Below are positions 6,621 through 14,949 of a stretch of 64,000 nt of DNA, piece after piece (the stretch's first letter is position 1; every line of letters begins with the position of its first letter). A model generated the notes under the pieces. The model searched no databases. It was given only the letters and a program-made list of their open reading frames with translations, and had not been told where the DNA came from. Source of the stretch: an uncultured Bacteroidales bacterium (GTDB lineage Bacteria; Bacteroidota; Bacteroidia; Bacteroidales; UBA1715); assembly GCA_937892155.1 (NCBI GenBank), contig CALAUG010000060.1:3931-67930 (forward strand), given 5' to 3'. A program made the translations under genes and the position numbers.

Positions 6621-7403
6621 TCATACGTTAAAGGAGAGTCTTAACTGTTTTATTCGATCTATCAACGGGGAATAATAGCTCTTATCAAAGTTTTTTCTTA
6701 CTGCAGCAAAATGCCACATATCAAACAATGGTATTTCTTTATCATCTCCTACCTTTAAATTATAACTACTAACATCTTCTCCATATAAATAATCAGAATA
6801 CTCCCCTAACACTTCAATTTTTTCTGCGCCAAAGTTCATAGTAATGATTACATCTGGATCAAGCAACTCTATCTCTTTATTATAGAAATTGCATTTTTCA
6901 TTTTTTGATGCCAAAACAAAACGATTTATTAAGTTCCAATCGGACTTCCACCCCCCACTCTCATTACTGAATTTAGAGAGATTCATAAAGGCAAAACTAA
7001 CACCCTTGTTTGTAGCAAAATCATCTGCGATTTCTGATGCCCGCGGCATATCATGATAACATTTACACTCTGGTTGATGCAACAAACCATATGTTATATA
7101 GAACATTCTATTATGAGTGTTAGCTCTATTCAAAGGAATCTTACCAATTTGTTTATATTCCTTATAAGCAGGATACATTACATCTATAAAATTTTCACCA
7201 TTTAATCCCAAGCATTCCCTCCCGACAAACAGAATCTTTATTTTTTGGTTGGTATAATATGGATAAAAGCCATCCTCTACAAAGTATTTAACAGGTGCAG
7301 TATTATCATTAGAAACAATTGACGATTTCCATTCATCAAACAACATCTCTAACTTATGCTGTAAATCTTTTTCCGTTTGCAAGGTATATATATCTAATTC
7401 CAT
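6621..7403 (-). CDS. divergent uracil-DNA-glycosylase-fold-like protein
   Basis: 260 aa with the order and spacing of UDG-fold elements: KILFVGRECLG (aa 55-66), FAFMNLSKFSN (aa 137-147), DVIITMNFGAEK (aa 184-195) and LFDMWHFAAV (aa 226-235). The motifs are degenerate, so the assignment is tentative. Confidence 0.4.
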   Translation of the reverse strand: MELDIYTLQTEKDLQHKLEMLFDEWKSSIVSNDNTAPVKYFVEDGFYPYYTNQKIKILFVGRECLGLNGENFIDVMYPAYKEYKQIGKIPLNRANTHNRMFYITYGLLHQPECKCYHDMPRASEIADDFATNKGVSFAFMNLSKFSNESGGWKSDWNLINRFVLASKNEKCNFYNKEIELLDPDVIITMNFGAEKIEVLGEYSDYLYGEDVSSYNLKVGDDKEIPLFDMWHFAAVRKNFDKSYYSPLIDRIKQLRLSFNV

Positions 7404-7446
7404 AATAAAAACACTTTATCCGTGTCGTGCGCAACGTTGATTATTA

Positions 7447-8100
7447 TTAACAAATATTATATATACAATCAAATTCTTTACAAAACAGACTTGCTCCTCC
7501 ATGAGATGGATGACGAACATATCTAACATTAGGGAACAGAGGTTTTAACACTCGCTCTGCTGTTTTCCCTACAGCATATACTTCTTTTATGTTAAAATAT
7601 TCCAATAAATTCTGAAGAATTTTCAATCCATATTCACATTCTTTTTTTGAAGGTGTTCTATTAGGGCGTAACGACGAAATCACTACCGTAGAATCAACAG
7701 TACTTGGATGGAAAGGGAATATGTTCCACATTAATGGATATTCTTTTATTGGAATTTTATTTAAACATTTCCACACAACCTGAGCTGTTGATTCTTTTTC
7801 GGGAATAAAATCAGGAATATCACTCATACAATAATCCAATCCTTCAAAAAAATTATTTTTCATTATAGTATATTCATCCGTAAATGGAACGCCAGAAATA
7901 AAACACCCTTTATGTCCTGGAGCCTCTCCAACAAATAATTTAGTAGGATTTATCTCTTGCATTTTCCTCAAATATTTTCTTAAATCTCGTCTGCGTTGAA
8001 CAGCAGCCATAGAATCTCCCTTATAGATATTAAGACTATTCTGTGTCGGAGGGTTTAAATCCTTAATATCAAGTATAAATTTTTCAACTTTTTCTATCAT
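7447..8100 (-). CDS. uracil-DNA glycosylase family protein (family-4-like GEAPG / HPS motifs)
   Basis: 217 aa with LFVGEAPGHKGCFISGVPFT (motif A with family-4 spacing to GxPF), MWNIFPFHPS, VYAVGKTA and VRHPSHGG (motif B). Confidence 0.75.
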   Translation of the reverse strand: MIEKVEKFILDIKDLNPPTQNSLNIYKGDSMAAVQRRRDLRKYLRKMQEINPTKLFVGEAPGHKGCFISGVPFTDEYTIMKNNFFEGLDYCMSDIPDFIPEKESTAQVVWKCLNKIPIKEYPLMWNIFPFHPSTVDSTVVISSLRPNRTPSKKECEYGLKILQNLLEYFNIKEVYAVGKTAERVLKPLFPNVRYVRHPSHGGASLFCKEFDCIYNIC

Positions 8101-8269
8101 GATAAATTATAATTTTATTTGTCACTCAAAACCATAACTCCTGCAAAATCAGAGAACTTTTGCTTAGTTAATGATAAATCCACCAAGATTTCCCTTTGTT
8201 ATGCAATAGCTTTAAAAACATTTATCGGTCTTTGATACCGCAACGACCGATGTGGTCTTTTATTATTAT

Positions 8270-8899
8270 AAAAATAGATTTAGTCTGTGCACATTTTTTT
8301 TTATTTGACCACAAAGGTAATAGAAAATCCAATCCTTTACAATCCTTTCAAATATTCTTCCACTATTGGATAAATAGCAGTTTTTAAACAATTCTATATC
8401 AACATAATAATCAAAATCTTTATGTTTATCGATCCAATATCTATTATTGGTTTTTATTGCGTAAAATTCTTACATTGTTCGTGCAAAACATTCACATGTT
8501 CTGCCTCTATATCTCCTTCTATTTTCTGGGACAGGATTCATATTATTTCTAAACAATTCTGCCAAAACACGTTCCTTCGAACCAGGTATTGAAGATGCAT
8601 TTTTATAGCGTGATTCTTCTATTGTTCGAATTCAATCAAGGAAATGTGCCAATTCGTGAACAAATACACAATCTAATATTTCGTGTATATTTTTTCTTGT
8701 GTCATACAACGAAATGGAATTCGGAGAAAAATCACCAAGTTTCCTACGGTTTCATTTGTCATTCAAAAACAAATCTAATCATATTGTAGTATGGTATCTG
8801 TCATACATTTGCCATAGAACAAAATCGCTTTTGACAAGCATGCCTCAAATCTTCGTACTGCAAATTATTTTGCAACCATAGATCAATTTCTTTCATCAT
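8270..8899 (-). pseudogene. decayed HExxH zinc-metallopeptidase-like gene (SprT/ImmA/DUF45-like), multiple frame disruptions
   Basis: Minus-strand fragments lie in three frames: MMKEIDLWLQNNLQYEDLRHACQKRFCSMANV-stop, EILDCVFVHELAHFLD-stop (HExxH), IRTIEESRYKNASSIPGSKERVLAELFRNNMNPVPENRRRYRGRTCECFARTM-stop, and YWIDKHKDFDYYVDIELFKN.... No intact ORF of 60 aa or more is present on that strand. Confidence 0.4.
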
Positions 8900-8980
8900 C
8901 TGTAATTTTAAAAGTTCTTTTCGACAAAAGAAAAGCACTACTGTGCAAAAATTTGGTAGAGCCCCCAAAATAATTTGTGA

Positions 8981-9028
8981 TAAAAGAGTAAAAAAAAGAG
9001 TAACCTCTTTTTCTGAGATTACTCTTTT
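8981..9028 (-). terminator. putative rho-independent terminator downstream of the glutamine synthetase gene
   Basis: The minus strand reads AAAAGAGTAA-(15 nt loop)-TTACTCTTTT followed by TTTTACTCTTTTA, about 30 nt after the stop at 9059. Confidence 0.5.
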
Positions 9029-9058
9029 CAGTTATTAATTCGAATTTCTAATTAATCA

Positions 9059-10561
9059 CTATCCGTTGTTAATGCACTTCTCAACAAGTTCCATCAACGC
9101 TTTGTTGTCTAATGAAGCACGAAGTTTTTCGTCGTCGAAAGCCTTCAAGTAGCCAATCATAAAGTCAACTATATTGTCGGAGAAGACACCTTTTGAAGTG
9201 TAGATTTCACGATCCTTTTGAAGTTCTGCAGCAGCTTCTACGCAACAACCAGGAAGTTGTTCCAAAGCTTCTTGCACAGCTTTGTTCTTTTCGTCGTGGA
9301 TATTTACACCTAAACCAACGAATGTTTTTTCTGCAACTTCCAAACCATTAGGAATTTCAAATCCGTGACGTGCAGCGCAGCAAAGAGCAGCCATCAACAA
9401 ATACATATCGGCGAAAGCATCCGATGCTCTCCATTCAAATGTTTGTTTGTCGCTGAAATCTTTGTTTGAAGCTTTTTCGTTCGGATTTGTCGAAGCAGCC
9501 ATATCCATTTGTTTTAACCAGCCAAGTGGCACACGAACCAATGCACTTCTGTTCGAGAACGACCAGCACAATGATGTAGGTGCTTCTTGATGAGGAACAA
9601 GACGCATAAATGAAAGTGGATGTGGATTACCGAATGCAGGCAATGAAGTTCCTGCAACCATATATCCTGCGATTGCTTTCTTAGCTTCGTCTGTCAATTC
9701 ACCATTTTTAGTCATAACCGACTTGCCATCTTTTGTAAATTTACAGTGAACATGCATACCGCTTCCTGCTTTTCCTACAGTGATTTTTGGTGCAAATGTC
9801 AATGTTACGCCATAGTTGTAGGCAACCTGACGCATTACCCATTTTGCAACAACTAATTGGTCTGCTGCATCTTCGATATTTGTAGGCAAGAATTCTATTT
9901 CATTTTGTTCGTAGATTTTACCGTCTTGTGTAAAGTTACCAACTTCAGAGTGACCGTATTTAATCAAACCACCACATTGAGCAATCATTTCCATTGCTTC
10001 CATACGCAAATCCATGAATTTGTTGAATGGAGCGCTTTCGTGATAACCTTTTTGGTCTGGAGTTTCGTAAATACATTCATCCTCGGCAATCACATAATAC
10101 TCAAGTTCACCCATAGTTTCCATTTCAAGACCAGTAGTTGCCTTGAATTCTTTTGCAGCTTTATGCAAAATGTATTGTGGACTGCTTTCGAATGGTTCTC
10201 CATCGCGATTGAAGAACGAGCACAACAAATCAACTGTTGGCAATTCATTGAATGGATTCAAGAAAGCTGTTTTATAACGAGGAACAACATACAAGTCGCT
10301 CTTTCCTGCTTCAATAAAAGGGAAGAGACTAGAACCGTCAACACGTTCGCCAGCGGCCAAAATGTTTTCCAGATGTTCAACACTATGGATTACGAAATTC
10401 AACGTTTTTAACTTGCCGTCCCAACCACAATAGTGGAAATTGATGAAACGGATATCGTTTTCAGAACAGTATTTTACGATATCTGCTCTTGTAAATTCAC
10501 TTGCTGGTTTCTGTAAATACTGAACCAACTTGTTGGGATTCATTGCAATGGATTTGTCCAT
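9059..10561 (-). CDS. glnA: glutamine synthetase (500-aa GlnA-family enzyme)
   Basis: 500 aa with an N-terminal beta-grasp region and a catalytic-domain pattern (GSGMHVHCKF, NRSALVRVP-like segment) typical of glutamine synthetases. Confidence 0.85.
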   Translation of the reverse strand: MDKSIAMNPNKLVQYLQKPASEFTRADIVKYCSENDIRFINFHYCGWDGKLKTLNFVIHSVEHLENILAAGERVDGSSLFPFIEAGKSDLYVVPRYKTAFLNPFNELPTVDLLCSFFNRDGEPFESSPQYILHKAAKEFKATTGLEMETMGELEYYVIAEDECIYETPDQKGYHESAPFNKFMDLRMEAMEMIAQCGGLIKYGHSEVGNFTQDGKIYEQNEIEFLPTNIEDAADQLVVAKWVMRQVAYNYGVTLTFAPKITVGKAGSGMHVHCKFTKDGKSVMTKNGELTDEAKKAIAGYMVAGTSLPAFGNPHPLSFMRLVPHQEAPTSLCWSFSNRSALVRVPLGWLKQMDMAASTNPNEKASNKDFSDKQTFEWRASDAFADMYLLMAALCCAARHGFEIPNGLEVAEKTFVGLGVNIHDEKNKAVQEALEQLPGCCVEAAAELQKDREIYTSKGVFSDNIVDFMIGYLKAFDDEKLRASLDNKALMELVEKCINNG

Positions 10562-10591
10562 AAGATTTAATTTATAATTAATAATTCTAAT

Positions 10592-11707
10592 TTACTTTAT
10601 TTCTTCGTAGATGTCGTGATATTCCAAACCGAGTGAATTTGCAACATTTTGGTTCGTACATTTTCCACAATATACATTGACACCTTTTGCCAAACCTGCA
10701 TCTTTCTTAACTGCTCCTTCCAAACCTAAATCGGCCATCATCATACCGTAACGGAATGTTGCATTAGCAAGAGCAACCGTTGAAGTATAAGGAACAGCAC
10801 CTGGCATATTTCCTACGCAGTAGTGAACTACACCATCTTCGATAAATACAGGATCATCATGTGTTGTTACGTGTGAACTCTCACAGCATCCACCTTGATC
10901 AATTGCGATATCTACTATCACAGCACCTTTTTTCATTAATTTAAGATGTTCACGACGAACCAATTTTGGAGTTTTACCACCAGGTATCAATACCGAGCCA
11001 ATAACCAAGTCTGCTTCCTTCAAAGCCTTACGGATATTTGCTTCTGTACTATACAAGGTTGTTACTGATGCACCAAAAATATCTTCCAAATATGCAAGAC
11101 GATTGAGATTAATATCCAACAACGTTACTTCTGCATCAATACCAACAGCAGCTTTAGCAGCATAGGTTCCGGCAGTTCCACCACCAACAATAACGATTTT
11201 ACCACGTTCTACACCAGGTACACCACCAAGTAAGATTCCACGACCGCCGAAACTCTTTTCTATGTATTTTGCACCTTCCTGAATAGAAAGACGTCCTGCA
11301 ATCTGACTCATAGGACGCAAACAAGGTAAATTACCGACTGAATCCACAATTGTTTCAAATGCCACAGCCTTTACCTTCTTTTCCATCAATGCCTTTGCCA
11401 ATTTTGGATTTGGAGCAAGGTGAAGATAAGTAAACAATATCTGATTTTCGCGCAAAAACTTGTATTCGCATGGTTCTGGTTCTTTTACCTTCCAAATCAT
11501 TTCTGATTTTGCGAAAACCTCCGCGGGTGTATCCAACACTTTCGCACCAGCCTTTTTATAATCTTCATCACTGAAACCAGCACCTTCGCCAGCCTGAGTT
11601 TCTATATAAACCACATGCCCCTTTTCTACAAATGCAGCAACGTTGTCTGGAGTCATTCCGACACGATATTCGTGGTTCTTCAATTCTTTTGTAACACCAA
11701 TTTTCAT
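10592..11707 (-). CDS. ald: alanine dehydrogenase
   Basis: 371 aa. MKIGVTKELKNHEYRVGMTP start, Rossmann motif VVGGGTAGTYAAKAA, and overall length typical of Ald. Confidence 0.9.
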   Translation of the reverse strand: MKIGVTKELKNHEYRVGMTPDNVAAFVEKGHVVYIETQAGEGAGFSDEDYKKAGAKVLDTPAEVFAKSEMIWKVKEPEPCEYKFLRENQILFTYLHLAPNPKLAKALMEKKVKAVAFETIVDSVGNLPCLRPMSQIAGRLSIQEGAKYIEKSFGGRGILLGGVPGVERGKIVIVGGGTAGTYAAKAAVGIDAEVTLLDINLNRLAYLEDIFGASVTTLYSTEANIRKALKEADLVIGSVLIPGGKTPKLVRREHLKLMKKGAVIVDIAIDQGGCCESSHVTTHDDPVFIEDGVVHYCVGNMPGAVPYTSTVALANATFRYGMMMADLGLEGAVKKDAGLAKGVNVYCGKCTNQNVANSLGLEYHDIYEEIK

Positions 11708-11726
11708 ATACGTATTATTAGTGCTT

Positions 11727-11734
11727 CAAAATTA
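11727..11734 (-). promoter_or_regulatory. putative -7 promoter box for ald
   Basis: Minus-strand TAATTTTG (TAnnTTTG consensus), 20 nt upstream of the ald ATG. Confidence 0.4.
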
Positions 11735-11806
11735 ATAAATTTACTTTTTTTTGAAATCTGATTTATGCAAAATATATACAAGCAATTAAATATTTTTCAA
11801 AATTCG

Positions 11807-11814
11807 TATTTTTG
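11807..11814 (+). promoter_or_regulatory. putative -7 promoter box for the dsbD-like gene
   Basis: TATTTTTG, 17 nt upstream of the ATG at 11831. Confidence 0.4.
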
Positions 11815-11830
11815 TACAAATAGATGACGT

Positions 11831-13903
11831 ATGAAACGACTTTCATTTCTTGTTTTCTTTCTTATCACTACCCTCTTCTGCTTTGCACAAAACGCAGATT
11901 GGAGGATTTCGTATGCTGCAGGAAAGACAAACGGGAATAGTTTTTCTATAGTATTCAACATTATTATTCCGCAAGACTTCCACATGTACAGTTTCGACCA
12001 AGTTGCTGGTGGTCCAATTGCGGCAAAAATTGATTTTGTACTTCCTGACGGCGTCGAGAAAAAAGGCGGTCTTCACATTGATTCAAAACAACCAGAAGAA
12101 TTTTTTGACGATATTTTTGAAATCAACATCAGACAATTCTCCAATTCAACTCAATGGAGTCAAGAATTTGTCGTTACGAAAGATATTGAACCGTGTGAAA
12201 TCAAAGGTTCTTACAGTTATCAGCTTTGCAAGGATGATGGATATTGCCTTAACCCGTTTCCCGAAGAATTTTCCGTACAAATTCCCGCATATTCAGTAAG
12301 CCCCCAAATAACGGAACAACCTGAGCAAAGTGACAATCAACCTCAACAAATACCAATTGATACACAATCGGTTGACACAATAGCAGAAATCATAGAAGGA
12401 ATTATACAAGACAGCGTTATAACAAGTGTTATTCCTCAAGAAGAGATTTTCGATGAACAAACTCAAACAGAAAATCGTTCATTATGGTTCATTTTCTTTT
12501 TAGGATTCCTTGGCGGACTGCTTGCATTCCTTACTCCATGCGTATTCCCAATGGTTCCAATGACGGTGAGTATGTTCCTAAAACGTGACCAAAAACACGC
12601 CTTACGCGACATTTTCATCTATGGTCTTTCCATTGTCGTTATTTTCGTTGCATTGGGTTTGTGCATCACGTTACTGTTCGGTGTCGATGCGCTGAACAAA
12701 CTTTCTACCGAACCTGCATTTAACATGGTGTTCTTCTTCATTTTCGTGATTTTTGCAATCTCATTTTTCGGTGTGTTCGAACTAATGCTCCCAACAAGCT
12801 GGATAAACTATTTTGACCAAAAAGCAGACAACTCAAAAGGATTTCTCAGCATATTCTTTATGGCATTCACCTTGGTACTTGTATCATTTTCGTGCACCGC
12901 AATGATTATCGGCACCTTGCTGGTTGAATCAGTCGTTTCTGGTTCAATTACAGGACCATTAGTTGGAATGCTCGGTTTTGCCATTGCACTGGCATTGCCA
13001 TTCATAGTTTTTGCGGCAGTGCCGTCATTATTATCTTCGATGAAAAAGTCGGGCGACTGGATGAACGACGTAAAAATTTCATTGGGTTTTATAGAATTAG
13101 GTTTTGCGCTTAAGTTCATTTCAAAAGCAGACTTGGTTGCCGGTTGGGGAATTTTACCACGTGATTTATTTATCGCAATCTGGATTATTTTACTTATTCT
13201 GTGGGGATTATGTATGTTGCGCATCATACGAATTGGCGGTTGCGAAAGAAAAAAATTGTCGAAGACGAGAATCGGCATCTCCGTTATTATTTTCGCTTTT
13301 GCACTCTATCTTGTTCCTGGATTTTTGGGTAAACCAATAGATATTATCAGCGGTTGGCTGCCACCAATGAGCACACAAAAAATCCACGTGCTTTCCAACG
13401 AAAATCAATCTGAAATAACGCCAAACAAAAAATATGGCGACATTTTCCATTCGCCCTACGGTATCAACGGATTCTACGATTACGACGAAGGGTTGGCATT
13501 TGCAAAATCAGTTGACAAACCTGTTTTATTGGATTTTACAGGTCTTGGTTGCGAAAACTGTCGAAAAATCGAAATGAATGTTTGGGCAAAGCCAGAAATT
13601 CTGTCAATAATCAAAAACGACTACGTGCTTATTTCCCTCTATCTTGATTCACGCGAGCCATTGGACTCGACGCTTGTTAGGAACGAAGTTTACGGAGAAA
13701 AAACATATAAAATAAGAACCGTCGGCGAACATTGGAGTATGTTTATGATGAGAAATTACCACGGACTGATGCAACCATATTATGTATTGCTATCACCCGA
13801 AGGTGAAAGACTTTGTGAACCTGCGACATACGACGACGCAAAGGATGCAGAGACATATAAGAAGTTTCTGCTCACCGGCTTACAAATATTCCAAGACAAA
13901 TAA
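11831..13903 (+). CDS. dsbD: thiol:disulfide interchange protein DsbD family (cytochrome c biogenesis transmembrane core plus C-terminal thioredoxin-like domain)
   Basis: 690 aa with a signal peptide, a polytopic core containing the LTPCVFPMVP motif, and a C-terminal thioredoxin-fold segment with CENC. Confidence 0.8.
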   Translation: MKRLSFLVFFLITTLFCFAQNADWRISYAAGKTNGNSFSIVFNIIIPQDFHMYSFDQVAGGPIAAKIDFVLPDGVEKKGGLHIDSKQPEEFFDDIFEINIRQFSNSTQWSQEFVVTKDIEPCEIKGSYSYQLCKDDGYCLNPFPEEFSVQIPAYSVSPQITEQPEQSDNQPQQIPIDTQSVDTIAEIIEGIIQDSVITSVIPQEEIFDEQTQTENRSLWFIFFLGFLGGLLAFLTPCVFPMVPMTVSMFLKRDQKHALRDIFIYGLSIVVIFVALGLCITLLFGVDALNKLSTEPAFNMVFFFIFVIFAISFFGVFELMLPTSWINYFDQKADNSKGFLSIFFMAFTLVLVSFSCTAMIIGTLLVESVVSGSITGPLVGMLGFAIALALPFIVFAAVPSLLSSMKKSGDWMNDVKISLGFIELGFALKFISKADLVAGWGILPRDLFIAIWIILLILWGLCMLRIIRIGGCERKKLSKTRIGISVIIFAFALYLVPGFLGKPIDIISGWLPPMSTQKIHVLSNENQSEITPNKKYGDIFHSPYGINGFYDYDEGLAFAKSVDKPVLLDFTGLGCENCRKIEMNVWAKPEILSIIKNDYVLISLYLDSREPLDSTLVRNEVYGEKTYKIRTVGEHWSMFMMRNYHGLMQPYYVLLSPEGERLCEPATYDDAKDAETYKKFLLTGLQIFQDK

Positions 13904-13916
13904 CCATCTAACAAAT

Positions 13917-14945
13917 ATGAAAAAAGCTTTATTCATTGGTGGAACCGGCACAATCAGCACTGCCATCTCAAAATTAGTAGCCCAATCACCCGACTGGGAA
14001 TTATATGTAATTAACCGTGGCTCACGCAACAATGTACTGCCGAAAAATGTAAAAACAATTACAATAGCCGACATCAACAACGAAGACGAAGCGCGCGAAA
14101 AACTTGCGGAATACGAATTCGACTGCGTGTGCGATTTCATCTGTTTTGTTCCTGAACAAATCAAACGGGATTACCGTCTCTTCAAGGGTAAAACTAAGCA
14201 AATGATGTTTATCAGTTCTGCTTCAGCCTATCAAAAACCTGTTGGAAATTATCTTATAAATGAGGCAACTCCACTTGCAAATCCATATTGGGAATACTCG
14301 CGAAACAAAATTGCCTGCGAAGATTTTTTAATGGAAAAATACCGCAAAGAACAATTTCCAATCACGATAATTCGTCCCAGCCACACATACGACGAGCGTT
14401 CAATTCCTCTTGGAGTTCACGGCAAAAACGGCAGTTGGCAGGTCGTGAAACGTATGCTTGCAGGCAAACCCGTGATAGTACACGGAGATGGAACATCGCT
14501 CTGGACAATGACGCACAACAGCGATTTTGCAAAAGGATTTTTCGGTTTGATGGGAAATATTCACGCAATTGGCGAAGCGTTTCAAATCACATCGGACGAA
14601 ACAGTTACGTGGAACCAAGTATATCAAAGTATTGCAGACAGTTTAGGTGTAACTTACAAACCATATTACGTTGCCTCCGAATTTCTTGCAGCCGTCAGCG
14701 ATTACGATTTTACAGGCAGTTTAATTGGCGATAAAGCAAATTCTATCGTATTTGATAACACAAAACTCAAGAAGGCTATTCCCGATTTTAAAGCAACCGT
14801 TCGTTTTGACCAAGGAGTTCGCAAAACCATAGAATTTGTCCTCTCACATCCTGAATACCAAAAAGAAGACAAAGAGTTTGATGAATGGTGCGACAAAGTA
14901 ATTGACACATTGGAGAACGCCAAAAAGCAATTGACAAAGAACTAA
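13917..14945 (+). CDS. NAD-dependent epimerase/dehydratase (SDR) family protein
   Basis: Start placed at MKKALFIGGTGTIS (GxxGxxG Rossmann motif). The track ORF from 13782 overlaps the dsbD end and is rejected. Confidence 0.8.
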   Translation: MKKALFIGGTGTISTAISKLVAQSPDWELYVINRGSRNNVLPKNVKTITIADINNEDEAREKLAEYEFDCVCDFICFVPEQIKRDYRLFKGKTKQMMFISSASAYQKPVGNYLINEATPLANPYWEYSRNKIACEDFLMEKYRKEQFPITIIRPSHTYDERSIPLGVHGKNGSWQVVKRMLAGKPVIVHGDGTSLWTMTHNSDFAKGFFGLMGNIHAIGEAFQITSDETVTWNQVYQSIADSLGVTYKPYYVASEFLAAVSDYDFTGSLIGDKANSIVFDNTKLKKAIPDFKATVRFDQGVRKTIEFVLSHPEYQKEDKEFDEWCDKVIDTLENAKKQLTKN

Positions 14946-14949
14946 TAAC

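Noticed and set aside
8100-9058. The longest non-coding stretch, searched for tRNA, small RNA, att sites or CRISPR repeats
   Set aside because: No cloverleaf-compatible sequence or spaced repeats were seen. The region is explained by pseudogene fragments and the glnA terminator. The plus-strand ORFs at 8196-8387, 8589-8789 and 8699-8881 are junk frames opposite the decayed gene.
9857-10411. 184-aa ORF on the plus strand inside the glutamine synthetase gene
   Set aside because: This is an antisense shadow ORF of a well-supported gene. Its composition is low-complexity and Phe/Cys-rich, and no motif was recognised.
12808-13278. 156-aa minus-strand ORF within the dsbD-like gene, plus other short ORFs at 12003-12299, 13104-13340 and 13208-13450
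   Set aside because: They overlap the DsbD-family frame, which has the conserved Cys motifs. They are shadow ORFs.
13782-13916. N-terminal extension of the epimerase ORF in the track
   Set aside because: The extension overlaps the 3-prime end of dsbD and lacks a Rossmann context. MKKALFIGGTG at 13917 is the natural start.
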